Part shown: positions 1 through 11,854 of the stretch, piece after piece | Layout: every line of letters starts with the position of its first letter | Numbering within the stretch: the first letter of the stretch is position 1 | Source: Microbotryum violaceum | Lineage: Eukaryota | Assembly: GCA_001244265.2 (NCBI GenBank) | Contig: CDLV01000010.1 | Coordinates: forward strand, 1,426,001-1,490,000 | Length of the DNA stretch: 64,000 nt | Direction: 5' to 3' | The notes under the pieces: model-generated | What the model saw: only the letters and a program-made list of their open reading frames with translations | What the model was told of the DNA's origin: nothing | The model's database searches: none | Program-made: the position numbers and the translations under genes

Positions 1-1840
1 GATTGCATGCTTCTTCATCATGGAAGTCGCCTCGGTTAAACCTCTTGCAGGGGTTACACTTTTTCTTTCCCGGTAGCGAGCGGGGGTGCGAAGCATTTGA
101 GGAGCCGTGGTTCGCCGTAGACGACCCCTCGCTTCGAAAGAACCGGTTGCCAGTGAGCCACTTGTTGATCAAGAGCGCGTAGACGCTGTCACCGAGTTTT
201 GCGTCGAGGAGGGAATGGACCGGCTTTCCTCTATCGGCTAGATCCCGACGGTACTTGTCATCGTACAGGACTACAAAGTCGAATCCGAGATCTGGATCTT
301 GGGCCAATTCCCTCAAGAAGCGAGTGTAGTGCTGCCAGTCGCGACCTTGATGAGAGTTGAACACGACGCCTTCGAGCTTCTCGAGCTCCATCAAGGCTTC
401 CGTGTGACCTGCTTGCGTGAGCGTTCTCTTTTTTGACGCTAGCCTTGGATTGAACCATCGCTTCAATTCCGTAGAACTTGTTGTCGGAATGCTGGAACAT
501 GTAGAACAAGTCGGAAGGTGCTGGGTTATTGGCATCGACCACGCTGACGAATTGACCGGTAAGGACCTTCATGATCTCTATGACGTCCAGTTTCAACCCG
601 TGGTTCTTCTTGAGTACGGCGGCTTGTCTGTCTAGGCGGTAGACGTGCGCTCGAGGGAGTAGTAAGGCTTCTTTGTACATATCCTCTTTGTCGTGGCAAA
701 GTGTCACGTAGCCTGGGAGTTCGGAGTAAGCAGTGCTAGGGACTGCTAGAGTCTCCTTGTACATCCTCGCCGCTTTTTCTTGAGCAATGGATGTAGCGGT
801 CGGAGTCTCCTGGTCCTCATCGTCCTCATCGAGGAGTACACGACCACCTTGCGATAGCGTAGAAGGACGGTACGACACGACAGCGCGCTGGGCTGGAGGG
901 GGTGCCGGGTTCTTGGACTTCTTCTTAGTCGGTCGCTGAGCAAGGCGATCGGCCGAGCCCTCGAGCTGACGGAGTTGGGTCTCCGCCTCGAGCTGACGGA
1001 GTTGGGTCCCCGCCGGATTCTCAGTCGTTCGTCGCTTTCTTCCTCGTCAGAAGTCACCCACGGATCGGCGTTGCGAGCGGGGCGCTTGCCTTGCATCGAG
1101 ACCGCCGGCGCCGGTGGCGCGTGAGCTGCCCGCGAGGGTGCCGGAGTAGCAGCCACCGTTATGATCCAACCAAGCGGTAAGGAGCACTGCTTGTATAGCA
1201 CATCGTCCCCCTCAGGCAAGGCATCGAGGGGTACTTCACCTTCGATGAAGAGGTTGAAGCGTACGATGGGACGGCCGTCCTGATCCGAATCGAGCTCGGC
1301 GAGCGTAAAGACTGGCAAGTCACCTAGGCCGCGGATTGACGTAACGCGTCGTTCTAGATCACCATCTTGTCCGGGCCGCTCGTCGCGTCCGGTGTCACTT
1401 CGGCCGTCTTGAGCCGCCTGGGAGGATAAGGCGCCTGTCGACGTCTGACGCCGGAGGCGGTAGGATTGAAGACCCTTCGTCCAATAGCGCGCTCCGTATG
1501 CAGCGATGTAGTCGGCAGGGCGAGCGGAACCTAGAGCGTGCGAAATGACCGGATGCATTTGCGCTTCCTCGAGTGTTTCGATACTGATCGGGGTACCTCG
1601 AGGAATTTTCTCGACTTGCGGCTCCCAGAAGTTAAGGGCGGCAGGATCGAGCGCCATGCGTTCTAGCTCGGTTTTGAGGATCAATATATCGGTGTCCGTC
1701 AGGAGTCCGCCATCCGCCTCCGCCCATGCCTCCGCAACCTTAACAGGCGCCTTCTCGGTGAAGTTTCCCGAGGTAGGGATCGGATACGAGGAGTCCCAGG
1801 CGGGAGGCTCGTAAGGATCGGCAAAGGGGTCGACCGTCAT
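1..1840 (-). mobile_element. Degraded gag-like ORF of a tyrosine-recombinase (DIRS/Ngaro) retrotransposon, running off the left edge
   Basis: ORFs 746..1840 and 258..878 plus a third frame join across two frameshifts. The last frame reads ...RDWQHYTRFLRELAQDPDLGFDFVVLYDDKYRRDL...KKKCNPCKRFNRGDFHDEEACN. The W..Y...YD..R helix and C..FN.G motif resemble YR-retroelement Gag. No introns; 27-bp tandem duplication at ~959-1012. Confidence 0.6.
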
Positions 1841-2075
1841 GATTATGATGGGTCGAGGCGAAGCGCAGCGGAGGTACGACCTAATATAGACTAAGATAGA
1901 ACGACTATGCTTGTAAAGCGCGATTCTATTAGTACTCGGAATACTGAAAAGACTCTGAGGACTATGGCATACCTATGCTTGTAAAGCGTGTCGCTTGGAG
2001 ACAAGAAGACAGCAAAGGAAACAGACCTCGGACGCTGGCACGTCGAGGTTGGGTCTGTGTAGCAGGGTAGCCAAG

Positions 2076-3098
2076 TTTACACCCCACTCGCCCACTCGTA
2101 CAGATACAATCCTCACACAAAGCACTCCTTTTCTTCCTTGTTGAGTGAATAGTTCGTCCATTTCGAGCACAACAACGCCTGGATGGGGTACCTTCTAGAC
2201 GACGCCAAGCCTGTACGCTCATGTCAACAGCTTAAGCGATGAACCAACTGCAAGTCAAATACAAAGGGGACTGCTCACCCATTGCGCTGCAACAACAAAG
2301 TTTGCCAGAGCCATACCTATCGGATAATGAATCGGATTCAGATGAGGATGAGGACGATTCGAAACTCTCGGCAGCTTTGGTCGCGCTTCCCCCCAAGTCT
2401 TCGACGTCTCGCACCTCCTCAGCCTTGGGGCTTTCGAACTCTCGCAAGAACTGTTCCAGCGACTCCGAAGAGGATTCGGCAAGCCATCATACTACTGAGT
2501 CTAAGAAGACAGTTCAGACGAGGAACTACCTGGCAACATCGTCTCCGCACCACTCCTGGCTCGGAAAGACAAGAAGATTTGGACTGGCATACCTGCGAGC
2601 TCTCTCGGCGGAACGCAGACCGACGAGCTGTTGAACACGACGCGCAAAGCAATTTTCTCAAACATAATCCTCACCACTGCAGAGCACAACGAGCTCCGTC
2701 TCAGGCCGCTCGCTCCTCGTAAGCAGAAATTCGAATGGAAATTTGTAAGCAAACTTCCTGTCCTGGAGCTCCCAAGGTTCATAGCTACAGAGGTGTGTCG
2801 AAGCTGCGTGCTGCGCTGCATTTTGTTTCGTCCTGTGATCGACCTAACTCTTATTGATATCGACAGAAGCATGACTGGGCTCCACGCAAATATGAATGCT
2901 GTCTCGCTGTCGTCGAGCGACCTTACGGTAAGGCGCCCTCGTCTACTCATCATCAACAGCCGTCGGACGTGGCAGTGGGGATCTGATGACGTCCAAAACT
3001 GCCCATCACTCTTCTAGAAGCTTGGAGTCAACCCGCGAAGGTCGACCTGTTGTGGAGATTCTGCGGATGGCCGTCATTGCTCGGGGGCCTGCAAAAGA
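2076..3098 (+). repeat. Dispersed ~1.03 kb repeat R, copy 1 (direct repeat of 52107..53138)
   Basis: Near-identical from TTTACACCCCACTCGCC to GGCCTGCAAAAGA; the ORF-track translations of both copies match almost exactly. Confidence 0.97.
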
Positions 3099-3350
3099 AC
3101 TGCAAAGATCATACAAGCAAAAGTCCGCCGATGTCTCTTATTGGCGTTTGGGAGTGTCGGCCTTGGCGTTTTGGGCGCCGGACCGCTGACACCACGGGCG
3201 CGGAGCGGCCAAGCGGGGTAGAACATTGATGTAGCAACTACTGCTTCGTCCGCCTCGTCTCACCGGCCAGAAGTACTATAGACCTGTACGTACATCAAAC
3301 TGCTGTGCCCAGAATAATACATCACATATTCCAAGAGATACAGGCCTCTA

Positions 3351-3700
3351 CACTATATGGTACCAAAGTCCCCATGAAGGTGGTACAAGAATGACCTCGG
3401 ATGTGATCCCAAAGTCCGCACCGATATGATCCCAAAGTCCGCTCCGATGTGATCCCAAAGTCGCCTCCGATGTGGGTCCGCTCCGATGTGATCCCAAAGT
3501 CGCCTCCGATGAGGGACCAGAGTCGCCTCCGACGTGGGCCCAAAAGCCGACCTTTTGTGAGCCCAGAGTGACGAGCGATTAGAGCAGTTATGTCTGGGTG
3601 CGATCCCAAAGGCCGCTCCGGATCCCAAAGTCGCATCCAATGTGGGACCAGAGTCGCATCCGATGTGGGATCAGAGTTGCCATCCTCGGGACCAAAGTGC
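3351..3700 (+). mobile_element. CACTA-like transposon end with a subterminal repeat array (~23-bp units, core GATCCCAAAGTC / GGACCAGAGTC)
   Basis: Begins CACTATATGGTACCAAAGT at 3351, followed by about ten degenerate copies of TCCGATGTGATCCCAAAGTCGCC. No partner end was found. The array is certain; the CACTA assignment is inferred. Confidence 0.5.
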
Positions 3701-3921
3701 CCTGCTATTCGCGCGATTAACCTAATTCCGATAGCTGAGAGAGGCTGAGAGCTTTCCAGCGATTTTCACACGGCGGAAGGTCTTGGCCGTACTTTGGTCA
3801 TCGTCCTCTTCGCTTGCGCTTACTGGTATCTACTTGCCTCGCGCGTTTCACTCGTCGCACACACATCTTCACGACATCACTCTCGACTTTCCGCCCTCGG
3901 CGACCCTCGATCTTCCTCGAA

Positions 3922-6688
3922 ATGGCGCACAAAAGGCGCCCTCGCTCGAGTGCCTCGCCTGTTCGGGGTGGCAAGCGCCGCAACGTTCCCGACGTGAGTC
4001 GTGCCGAGCCGTGTTCCCAACCGTCCAAATGCACGACCTGCAACGTTCAGCCACCGCTGGACACGTCAAGTGACACCGCACTCGCAAGATGCATCGCTAT
4101 ACTGTGTGCTAAGTCGAAGGGGACGAACCGCTGACGACATGTTGGGTGACTGCCTGTTTGAGGTCACAGTTCCGTGAGCAGCGTACGCCCTCACCGCCGT
4201 CAACATCGTCATCAACATCAGACTCGTCGTCGAAGTCAAAGCTGTCGAAGTTCCCACAGTCGTCACAGTCGTCAAAGTCGTCATGGCTCTCATCATCACC
4301 CTCCCAGTCGATATGGCCCTCGTCGCCACCGTCAAAGTCGTCTTGGCCCTCGATACCACGGTCAACGTCGTCTCCCCTTAGGTCGACCACACGGTCTTCG
4401 GTTTCTTCAGCAGTCTCACCGATCATCGCCGCGCTACAGGACGGGGTTCTATTATTCGGCCCCGACAACGAAGCTGTGGACGAGCACTGGGTGCTCGAAA
4501 AGGGTATCATCCCGCGTGTCGTGATTCGTGCGAGCTCGGCTTTGGTGCAAGAAGTGTTTGAGGTGGAGCAAACACATTTTGTCAGTATGGCCCAGCGCGC
4601 CCAGTCATCAGCGAAAGTGATCCGGCCTGGCCAGGACAAAGCCACGCGAGACCTTTACCGAGATCGTCTGAAGGAGGAACACAAGCTTGTAATGGCGACG
4701 GGCGCTCGCAGCTGGGTGCAAGGCATGGCACGACAGGTGCGTCGAGTCCCACTAATCACGCCGAAATATTACCCCGCCTAGCTCGATCCCTGACCCATCT
4801 CGACGCGCTCAATCCGCGCACACAGGCTCAGGAGCCCGCGAGTGGAAGGCGCGGTCGTCCAAAGTTCAAGCTCGCAGTCGCCGCGGCCGAGCGCGCCCCC
4901 CGCCCGTTGTCAAATTCGACAAGTTTGGCATGTGCTTTTAAGTACTCGCACATCGAGGAGCAAGACCTGAGCTCAAAGCACTGCATGCACTTCCTGGCCT
5001 GCGACAGGACCAAATTTGACAAGAGTCAAGTTCCGTGGGAGCGTGTGTTGGTGCCGTTCTCATTCGGCCTGTCCAACCCAGCACCTCGTGGTGAACGTGA
5101 CCGCGACTACGTGAAGCGTGCGCCTCAGCTCGTCAAGTTGATTCTTGATCTGCACGACCACGTCCTTCCCCGACCGAGCCGCATATTTGCTCCCGGTTTG
5201 GCTGTGAACGAACACGATGCGCACTTGGTCGTCCTCGACCACGACGTGTGTCGGATCGCGGTCATCTCGGACTGCTGGGGCAGCGGCTATGGCGAGCTCT
5301 CGGCGATGCTGTCTATTCTCTTGGACCTGGACGTTTACTCGGCCGGCTTCGCACCCTTCCTTCGCTACAAATTCCCGCTCAGTGGGGGCGTCACCGCGGT
5401 CTCGTTGCTCAGCGCTGTGTTTCAATCGAGCTTACAACACGACAATCACGACCAGCAGCCAGTAGAGACCCCACTGCTAGGGCGCACGGTCGCATTTGAG
5501 GACGAGGTGCCAATCGAGCTCGTGTCGTGCTCGACTTCGGACAGCAACTCTGTTTTTGGGCCGTGCACGACCGTCTTTCGCTTGACTCGCCCAAGCCTCC
5601 ACGAGTCCGAGGGGGAAATTGGCAGCCGCTCATTCGTACTGCAAATGCAGCACGTCACGCCGAATTCTGTTGGAGGCGAAGCGGAGATGCTCCGATCGAT
5701 CAATCTTGCGCATGACTCGGGTGTTCTCCCGTCGGAGACCGTCAACCATCTCGCAATGCTTGAGGTTGCGACGTCTCTGCGCCCACATCGCTCTCAGGCC
5801 AACGACCACCTCTTGCCTAGAGGGAAAGCGACCGGTATACATGGCTACAATCGCGACAACATGCTCAGGATCAAAGTGATCCGGCGCACCCTCGATCTGC
5901 TCATCTTGCGCAACCCGACCCCTGTGCCCAGAATTCTCGCCAGTGGGCCCGGCATGTCTCTCGACTCACCCGTGCCGCTTGAGCACGTGCTCCAGGTTTT
6001 CGATCAACTTCTAACCGTCTTGGTGGCTCTTCACCGTGGCGGCTTTTACCATCGGAATTTGGCTCTCGACAACATTCTCCACCACGAGGGCCACCTTGTT
6101 CTGTCGGGTTGGGGCGGCGGCGTGGCGGCTCGACCCGGCGAAGTAGTCCCCGCCGCAAAAATCGACGAGGACGGCGGCCTGTGGATGACGCGCTGGACGG
6201 CACCTCTGAATGTGTTGAGGTGGAACTTGCTCGTGCCGGGTGATGACCTGCGCAACTATGATCTCTCGCACGCGCTCGAGTCGTCGGTTTATTGGTTCTT
6301 GCTTGTGCTGGGCCAGCTCATTGCGCCAGCCGGAGAAGCCATTTGGTCGGAAATGTTCTTCCAACCCGACCCGGCTAGAGACCGCGATCTCACGAGGTTT
6401 TCACTGCGCCGGGACGCTCTGTGGGCCGGAGAGCCGAATTTTGCACCCAGGTTCCGAGATCTCCGCCTCGCTTCGATCGGTCACGCACTTCCTGCACTCG
6501 CGGACTTGGTCGAATATATGACGCGACGGTGGCCCAAGCTCGATGCACGTCGGATCAGGACCGAGACGGCGATTGCAGCGATCCAACGCCAAGTCCGAAG
6601 ACTAGCGCAAGGAGCTGACCGGCGAGGAAGGCTCGGGACATTCATAGAAGCAATGAGCGACGTATACCATTCCTGGGGTCGCGCCTGA
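3922..6688 (+). CDS. FunK1 (fungal-type protein kinase)-like pseudokinase, multi-exon
   Basis: ATG 3922 (MAHKRRPRSS..., basic N-terminus); GT-AG introns at ~3994 and ~4738-4825; Ser-rich exon. C-lobe reads LHRGGFYHRNLALDNILHHEGHLVLSGWGGG...YDLSHALESSVYWFL, the FunK1 HRDIS..N / D / HDLES pattern with the catalytic Asps replaced. Confidence 0.75.
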
Positions 6689-7059
6689 ACGTTTGAAGGG
6701 GCACACGCGAGGCAAGAGACGAGGCTTTGGTTCATCGCCAATACAGCGCCAGGCAGAGACTCAAGGACTGGCTCCGGCAGAGTTCAGAGGACCGCCTCCA
6801 CTCTTAAATAAATTGTGGCCGGTTTTTCCCTCTCTTTCTGCGCTCTCGCAACGTCTTCGCTAATACACCCACTCGGTTTCTGGCCTCTGGTTATAGTCAA
6901 GATTCCGAGTCTCGAACTTTCCCATCTACCTTTGCCTCGTTTCTTCTTTCGTCACCATACTCCTCTTGAACCGTCGTCTTCAACAGAACAGAAGACTCTA
7001 TCGCGCTCCCACGTGAGCTTCTCCTGCCGGCGACCACGAGGAACAGCTCCGGGTTGATC

Positions 7060-7305
7060 AGACACGTCTATCCCGTCCCGGCGCTCGAACTGGACAATAT
7101 GTCGATAGGCGAAAAGGTCGAATACTTCCGAGAGCGAGCAAAACTGGCGCCCAAAAATTCGCAGGTGGATCACATCAACGACATGGGGCTCGACCTGCTG
7201 CCGGGTGACGCTCAAACGTTCTACATCGCGGATTCGGTCGAAAACGAATCACTGTTCTCGATCGAGTATCTTCAGAGTCTCAAGATCACCGGGATGGCGT
7301 TGCTC
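7060..7305 (+). mobile_element. Helitron PIF1-like helicase fragment
   Basis: [38 protein letters not shown]...[18 protein letters not shown] follows the Helitron helicase segment (ERAILAPxNxxVxxIN...LPG...YxSxDS...EFLNSL...GxPxH); truncated at both ends. Confidence 0.85.
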
Positions 7306-7590
7306 CACACGACGCGGGTTTCGACGACGGTCTGAGTCCATCATCGGGCCCCCAGAGAACAAAAAAGCAGTTCAGTGAGAAATGAGAGGCGCTGATGCAG
7401 CCCCGTCGATGTTTCCAGCTGGTCGAAAGGACATTCCAACATGTACGGCTCGGTTCGATTGGCAGCTCGCAAGTCAAGCTTGCGACACCCGTGAAAAGGT
7501 CCACACACTCGACACGGGTCTCGACGACGGTCTGAGCCCATCATCGGGCTCCCGGAGAACGAAAAAGTAGTTCAATGATGAAATAAAGAC
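7305..7590. repeat. Pair of ~80-bp degenerate direct repeats ~205 bp apart
   Basis: CGACGACGGTCTGAGTCCATCATCGGGCCCCCAGAGAACAAAAAAGCAGTTCA (~7323) versus CGACGACGGTCTGAGCCCATCATCGGGCTCCCGGAGAACGAAAAAGTAGTTCA (~7522). Confidence 0.9.
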
Positions 7591-7710
7591 TCTGTACATT
7601 TGATTGTCATCGCGCGCTTCTCTCCCGACTTCAACCACTACGCTTCCGTGACTCAACAGTACCGCAGCTGTTGCAGCCAAGTACATCACATTGAAGCGGG
7701 TCAACTCTTA

Positions 7711-7741
7711 CGGTGGGAGGTGGCGCGCCGCCGAACCTAGT
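7711..7741 (+). mobile_element. Probable Helitron 3' terminus (GC-rich hairpin + CTAG, then host T)
   Basis: CGGTGGGAGGTGGCGCGCCGCCG-AAC-CTAG|T, with CTAG at 7737-7740 followed by T and AT-rich sequence; ~430 bp downstream of the helicase fragment, same strand. Confidence 0.65.
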
Positions 7742-8517
7742 ACTTTATCTCAATATCCCAATATCTCACTGAGTCATTCATGAAAAATAAGGGGTCTTGA
7801 AAAAAAAAAGGGATAGAGCATTCCTCCAGTTAGAGAATACTGTCAATGCCAAGCCCCATTGCAGCAAAGACCCGAGCGACCTCGAACGCGATTTTCACAC
7901 GCTTTCGTTCGACACCAATCACCCGATCGGCATCCGGGCTGCGAGGCTCTTCCCCTGGCTCCATCTTTCGCTGGTTCGCCTCGACAGCGACCGAGAGCCA
8001 TCGTTGTTTGTGCGTAGGTCAGATTGATCATATCACTCACCTTTTACATCTCCATTCCCGTGGGTCAAAGTGTATTCGCCAGTAGTACACGCTCGTTCGT
8101 CCGAGTCGGCTTCTTCAGCAGCTCGAGGTTGCCGGCCGCTATGACGACAATTCGCCCCACCGGGCGGCGCATAGAAGCAATCTCGCGTCCTGTCAAGTGG
8201 GAAGCGAATTCACCCGAGCTGACCGAAGATTTTCTGGGTCGTCTAGGTCGAGATCTTCAATTTTTTTGCAGCAATCTTGAAACTCCCCATCAATACGCGG
8301 TACTGAGCCCTCGGACTCGGACTCGGCCATAGCAGTCGAAAGCAGCTGCACAAGCCGAGCCGCCGTTCGACCCCGCGCCGCGGTCAGCTTTCGAGTGCTC
8401 TGATTCTGGCCACGACATCTGCGTCGTCGCCCGGGTCAAGCACCTCTCTGAGCAGCCACCCTGGATACCTTGTGGACTGATCCATCGCTGCGAATCATTG
8501 CTCAATCGACCAGGGCG

Positions 8518-10507
8518 ATGCCCCCTTCCCCACCGCGAGCAATGTCCTTGGCGACGCTCTCATCTTCGTCGTCGTCCTCCGCGACCGCGATCGGAGCCAG
8601 CGGACCGGCCATCTCGTCGAGTCGACATGCCAGCTCCCTACTCTCCTCTTCCGTACCAAATACGGAGGAACCTACCCCGACGGACTTGCTGCTGGCGACA
8701 CCACCGGCAGTGCTCAAGTTCCTGACCCTGGCTGCCCCGGTCATCCATGGTCTGACCTTCATCTCGCACCTCATCAACTGGGAGGGCCATTTCTTCTCCT
8801 CACTCCTGCTCCTTCTCGCGTGGTGGGCTGTTTGCCTGTTTGGCGAATTCATACTGCGATACGGAGCCCCTGCGCTCGTGCTCGCCTACATCCTCTTCAC
8901 CTACCTCGGCTCCTTCTCGTCACGACCGGTGCCCGGGACGGCGCCGAATAAGGTCGCCTTGACGCGATCCCGATATCGACAAGTACCTTTGACACCAGCG
9001 GCGTTCCACTCGTTGCTGCATTCATCGCAAATCCTTGCCAATGATGTACAGTCCCTACGCGCTGAACTAATTCACCCGCTCTCGGTCCGATTGAGCTTCG
9101 TCCCCACCCACCCCGGTCGAGCCGCCCCGGCTTACCACACGGCGTGGATCGTCCTGACGTCTTACCCCTTCTACCTCGCCCTTACGTACTTTGTTCCTAT
9201 GCGGCTCATCTTTCTCGCTATCGGCAGTGTCGGCTTGTTGTGGAATGCGCCCTTTTTCCAAACGCTTCGAGTGACCTTGTGGAGCTCGGCGTTCGTGCGC
9301 TGGATCGCGAGGATCGCGATCGCATTGATCACGGGAGGGCGAGGATTGAGTCAAGAGCTACGACGAACACGAAACGGGGTTGGAATTCCGGGTCTATTGA
9401 GGTCCAAAAAGCAAGCCAAGCAAGTCGTCGTCGTCCAGGAGAAGCCGGTCAAAGTGAGAGGATCTGGAGTGCAGTCTGCCGTCGGTCTGACCAAGAAGGA
9501 CGTCAAGACGGGTGCAGGAGCGGTCGACCCAGTGGGTTCGGAAGAGGATGTTCAGGTTCAGTTCACCATCTTTGAGAACCAGCGGTGGTGGGTCGGACTG
9601 GACTGGACGCATGCGTTGTTGCCCGGTGAGAGGGCTAGTTGGTGAGTGTTTCCGATCTCTCGAAAAGCCGGGTCATCAGTGACTGATTGCTTGCTTTACT
9701 TTGCTCTTCATCAGGACGGACGTGGCGCTACACCCCGCTATCCCTCCTGTTTCCTTCGTGCTTCCTCCCGGATCGGTGACTTACACTTCTTCACCGACCC
9801 GATCGGACCCAACCTCACGGCTCAAGCGCACGACAGAATGGAAGTGGTTGGACACCGAGTGGCGGGTCATGCGTTCATCTTCGGCCCAAGCCAACGCGAT
9901 TAGTTCCTCTGCTGCTGCTACGAATGCTGATGGGTCGATCATCGCGAATGCTTCCTCCGCGACGAACGCCCATATGCCGAGGTCACCTTCACTTTCTACA
10001 GCTTTACAATCCTACATCTCCTCAACGACCAAGCCCGAAGCTGATCATCCTTCCACTACCGGCGAAGGAGCAACAGGGGAAGACGATACCCCTCTATTCC
10101 CTGCTCTAGTCGAGGACTATTTTTTCGAGAACAACTACCTCGTCGATAATAACGGCTGGGCCTATTCTGACAACTCGTGGGAACACGCTTCTGCCAAAGG
10201 AGGGTTGGGCAAATATACTCGAAGAAGGGCGTGGGTACGACGAGCGCATCTCGTCGAAAGGGTCGAAAGGGTCGGTGGACCGGTCGCGTCTGCTGCTGCT
10301 GCGGGTTCGGGCGCGGGCTCGAATTCGAGTGGGACGGCGTTGGGCACGAGTGGAGTGGGGTTGAGGTCCGCGCCTGTTGATGGTGGAGTTGTTGGGACGA
10401 GGGATAAGGAAGGGGGAAGTTTGAGGAGGAGGAAAAGCTCAAAGAGTTTGAGGGATGCGGCAGGGTCGGGGGCGGTGATGGGGGAGAAAGAGAATTTTGG
10501 GAACTGA
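8518..10507 (+). CDS. Pex23/Pex30-family peroxin (reticulon-like TM region + dysferlin domain)
   Basis: Hydrophobic hairpins; FTIFENQRWWVGLDWT, WKWLDTEW, GWAYSDNSW and GKYTRRRAWVRRA dysferlin motifs; intron 9642..9714. Confidence 0.88.
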
Positions 10508-10714
10508 AGTGTAAGCTTTGTAATGAACCGAAATTTTCAAGGCTGCGCCCGAGTTTTGCGAGAGCAGTGACGATCTGACGGGAGCGGGCACCAAGCAGAT
10601 TTTCGGGACGTCCGAGAGCTCGCGTACCCGTAAGGATAATGTAATGTTACAACAACATGACAAGGGACCACATCCCACCTATTAAGATACGTCAAAGCCA
10701 TCCGAATCCCTGCG

Positions 10715-11429
10715 CTACTCGGGCACCTCCTTGGGACTGACGATCCCGTGCCTAAGGACATAATAAACGATGGAACTGTCCCTCTCCGCGATGGCGAGGT
10801 AGATTGTCGGTGATTCGGTTTGGGTATCGGTCGCAGAGGAATTTTTTTCGGAGGGGAGTTTGTCGAGGGCTTCGAAGACGTTAGACAGGCTGTGGAGATG
10901 GCGGGGAAGGTTAGTTGAGCGGTATGGGGCCTCTCAAGGGTGGGAAGACTGACGATCGGAGCGAGGTCGCTGTGCTGAGATTGATGGGGAGGGCAAAAGA
11001 GGGGACGGTCTGAGGACGGAGGGGTGCTGAGCTTACTTTGCGTGATGTAGGAAGATTGTATGTGCCCTCAGAGTCGATGATTTAACTGACCTTATTCTGA
11101 GGTCTCCCCTTGATGACCACACATTCGCACGAAGGAAGGTCCACCACTTCAAGGCCTTGCCATGTTTGCGCTGTAGCGTCCGAATACAGGTTGTCAGAAC
11201 CGAGGATTTTAGAAGCCTATTTACAAAAGGGGTGCGTTGAGATGTTGGAGCTCACCCAAGTAAAGATCCTGATAGGCTTGGAAGAGCGAGGATGCTTGCG
11301 AGGGGTACTTTTGGAGGTAGGGGAGTAGAGGACCGGCCTAGTGGGTCACAGAGGATAGCATGTGGCGGTCAGCGCATGGGAAATTGTGTTTGATTGGGTT
11401 CCACTGACTAAGGGGTGGAGGTGCGACAT
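10715..11429 (-). CDS. SEN15: tRNA-splicing endonuclease subunit Sen15 (short exons, missed by the ORF track)
   Basis: Spliced by hand: MSHLHPL|AGPLLPYLQKYPSQASSLFQAYQDLYL|AQTWQGLEVVDLPSCECVVIKGRP...PTIYLAIAERDSSIVYYVLRHGIVSPKEVPE*. The LAI..DS.IVYY....GIV.P C-terminus is characteristic of Sen15. Confidence 0.85.
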
Positions 11430-11492
11430 TGTTTAGCTTGGCGAGGATGGGAAGTGGAGGAAGAGCAGCGCCTGGATGGTCTCGCAGCGACC

Positions 11493-11534
11493 AAGTCGAG
11501 CTCGCAAAGTCGAGCTCGCAAAGTCGAGCTCGCA
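11493..11534. repeat. 3 x 14-bp perfect tandem repeat AAGTCGAGCTCGCA in the SEN15/ATG3 divergent promoter
   Basis: Directly visible; each unit contains the palindrome CGAGCTCG. Confidence 0.95.
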
Positions 11535-11854
11535 AGCTCGGCGAATAGAGCCAACATACTCTTGCATTCGAAACAGTCCACGCGGTCAATTACAGAATTT
11601 CACCACAGTAATGAGCAAGTTTTTATCCCAAGAGTTTGTCTTGGCTTCGGATCATGATGACTAGGAGATTTTTTTTTGTGTCCAGCCTGATTAGATTATG
11701 ATGGTGGCCGAGCAAGGGGTCCAAGCTCAAATCCGGCAGAATCCGGCGGCGCGTGACACTATCGTCATCCCCGTGGCGCTCAACCTCTCACGCTGTACAT
11801 CGCCCACACCTCCACTTCCCGACCACCTTTCTCTCTCTCTCTCGATCGAACAAC

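Noticed and set aside
2980-3010. CTGATGA hammerhead core in repeat R
   Set aside because: No stem II or GAAA follows in either copy.
3398-3700. CRISPR-like appearance of the ~23-bp repeat array
   Set aside because: Units are contiguous and degenerate with no unique spacers; there are no cas genes and the context is eukaryotic.
4109-4645. Acidic DDFD-repeat ORF on the minus strand
   Set aside because: It is the antisense shadow of the Ser-rich exon of the plus-strand kinase gene, which has proper splice sites.
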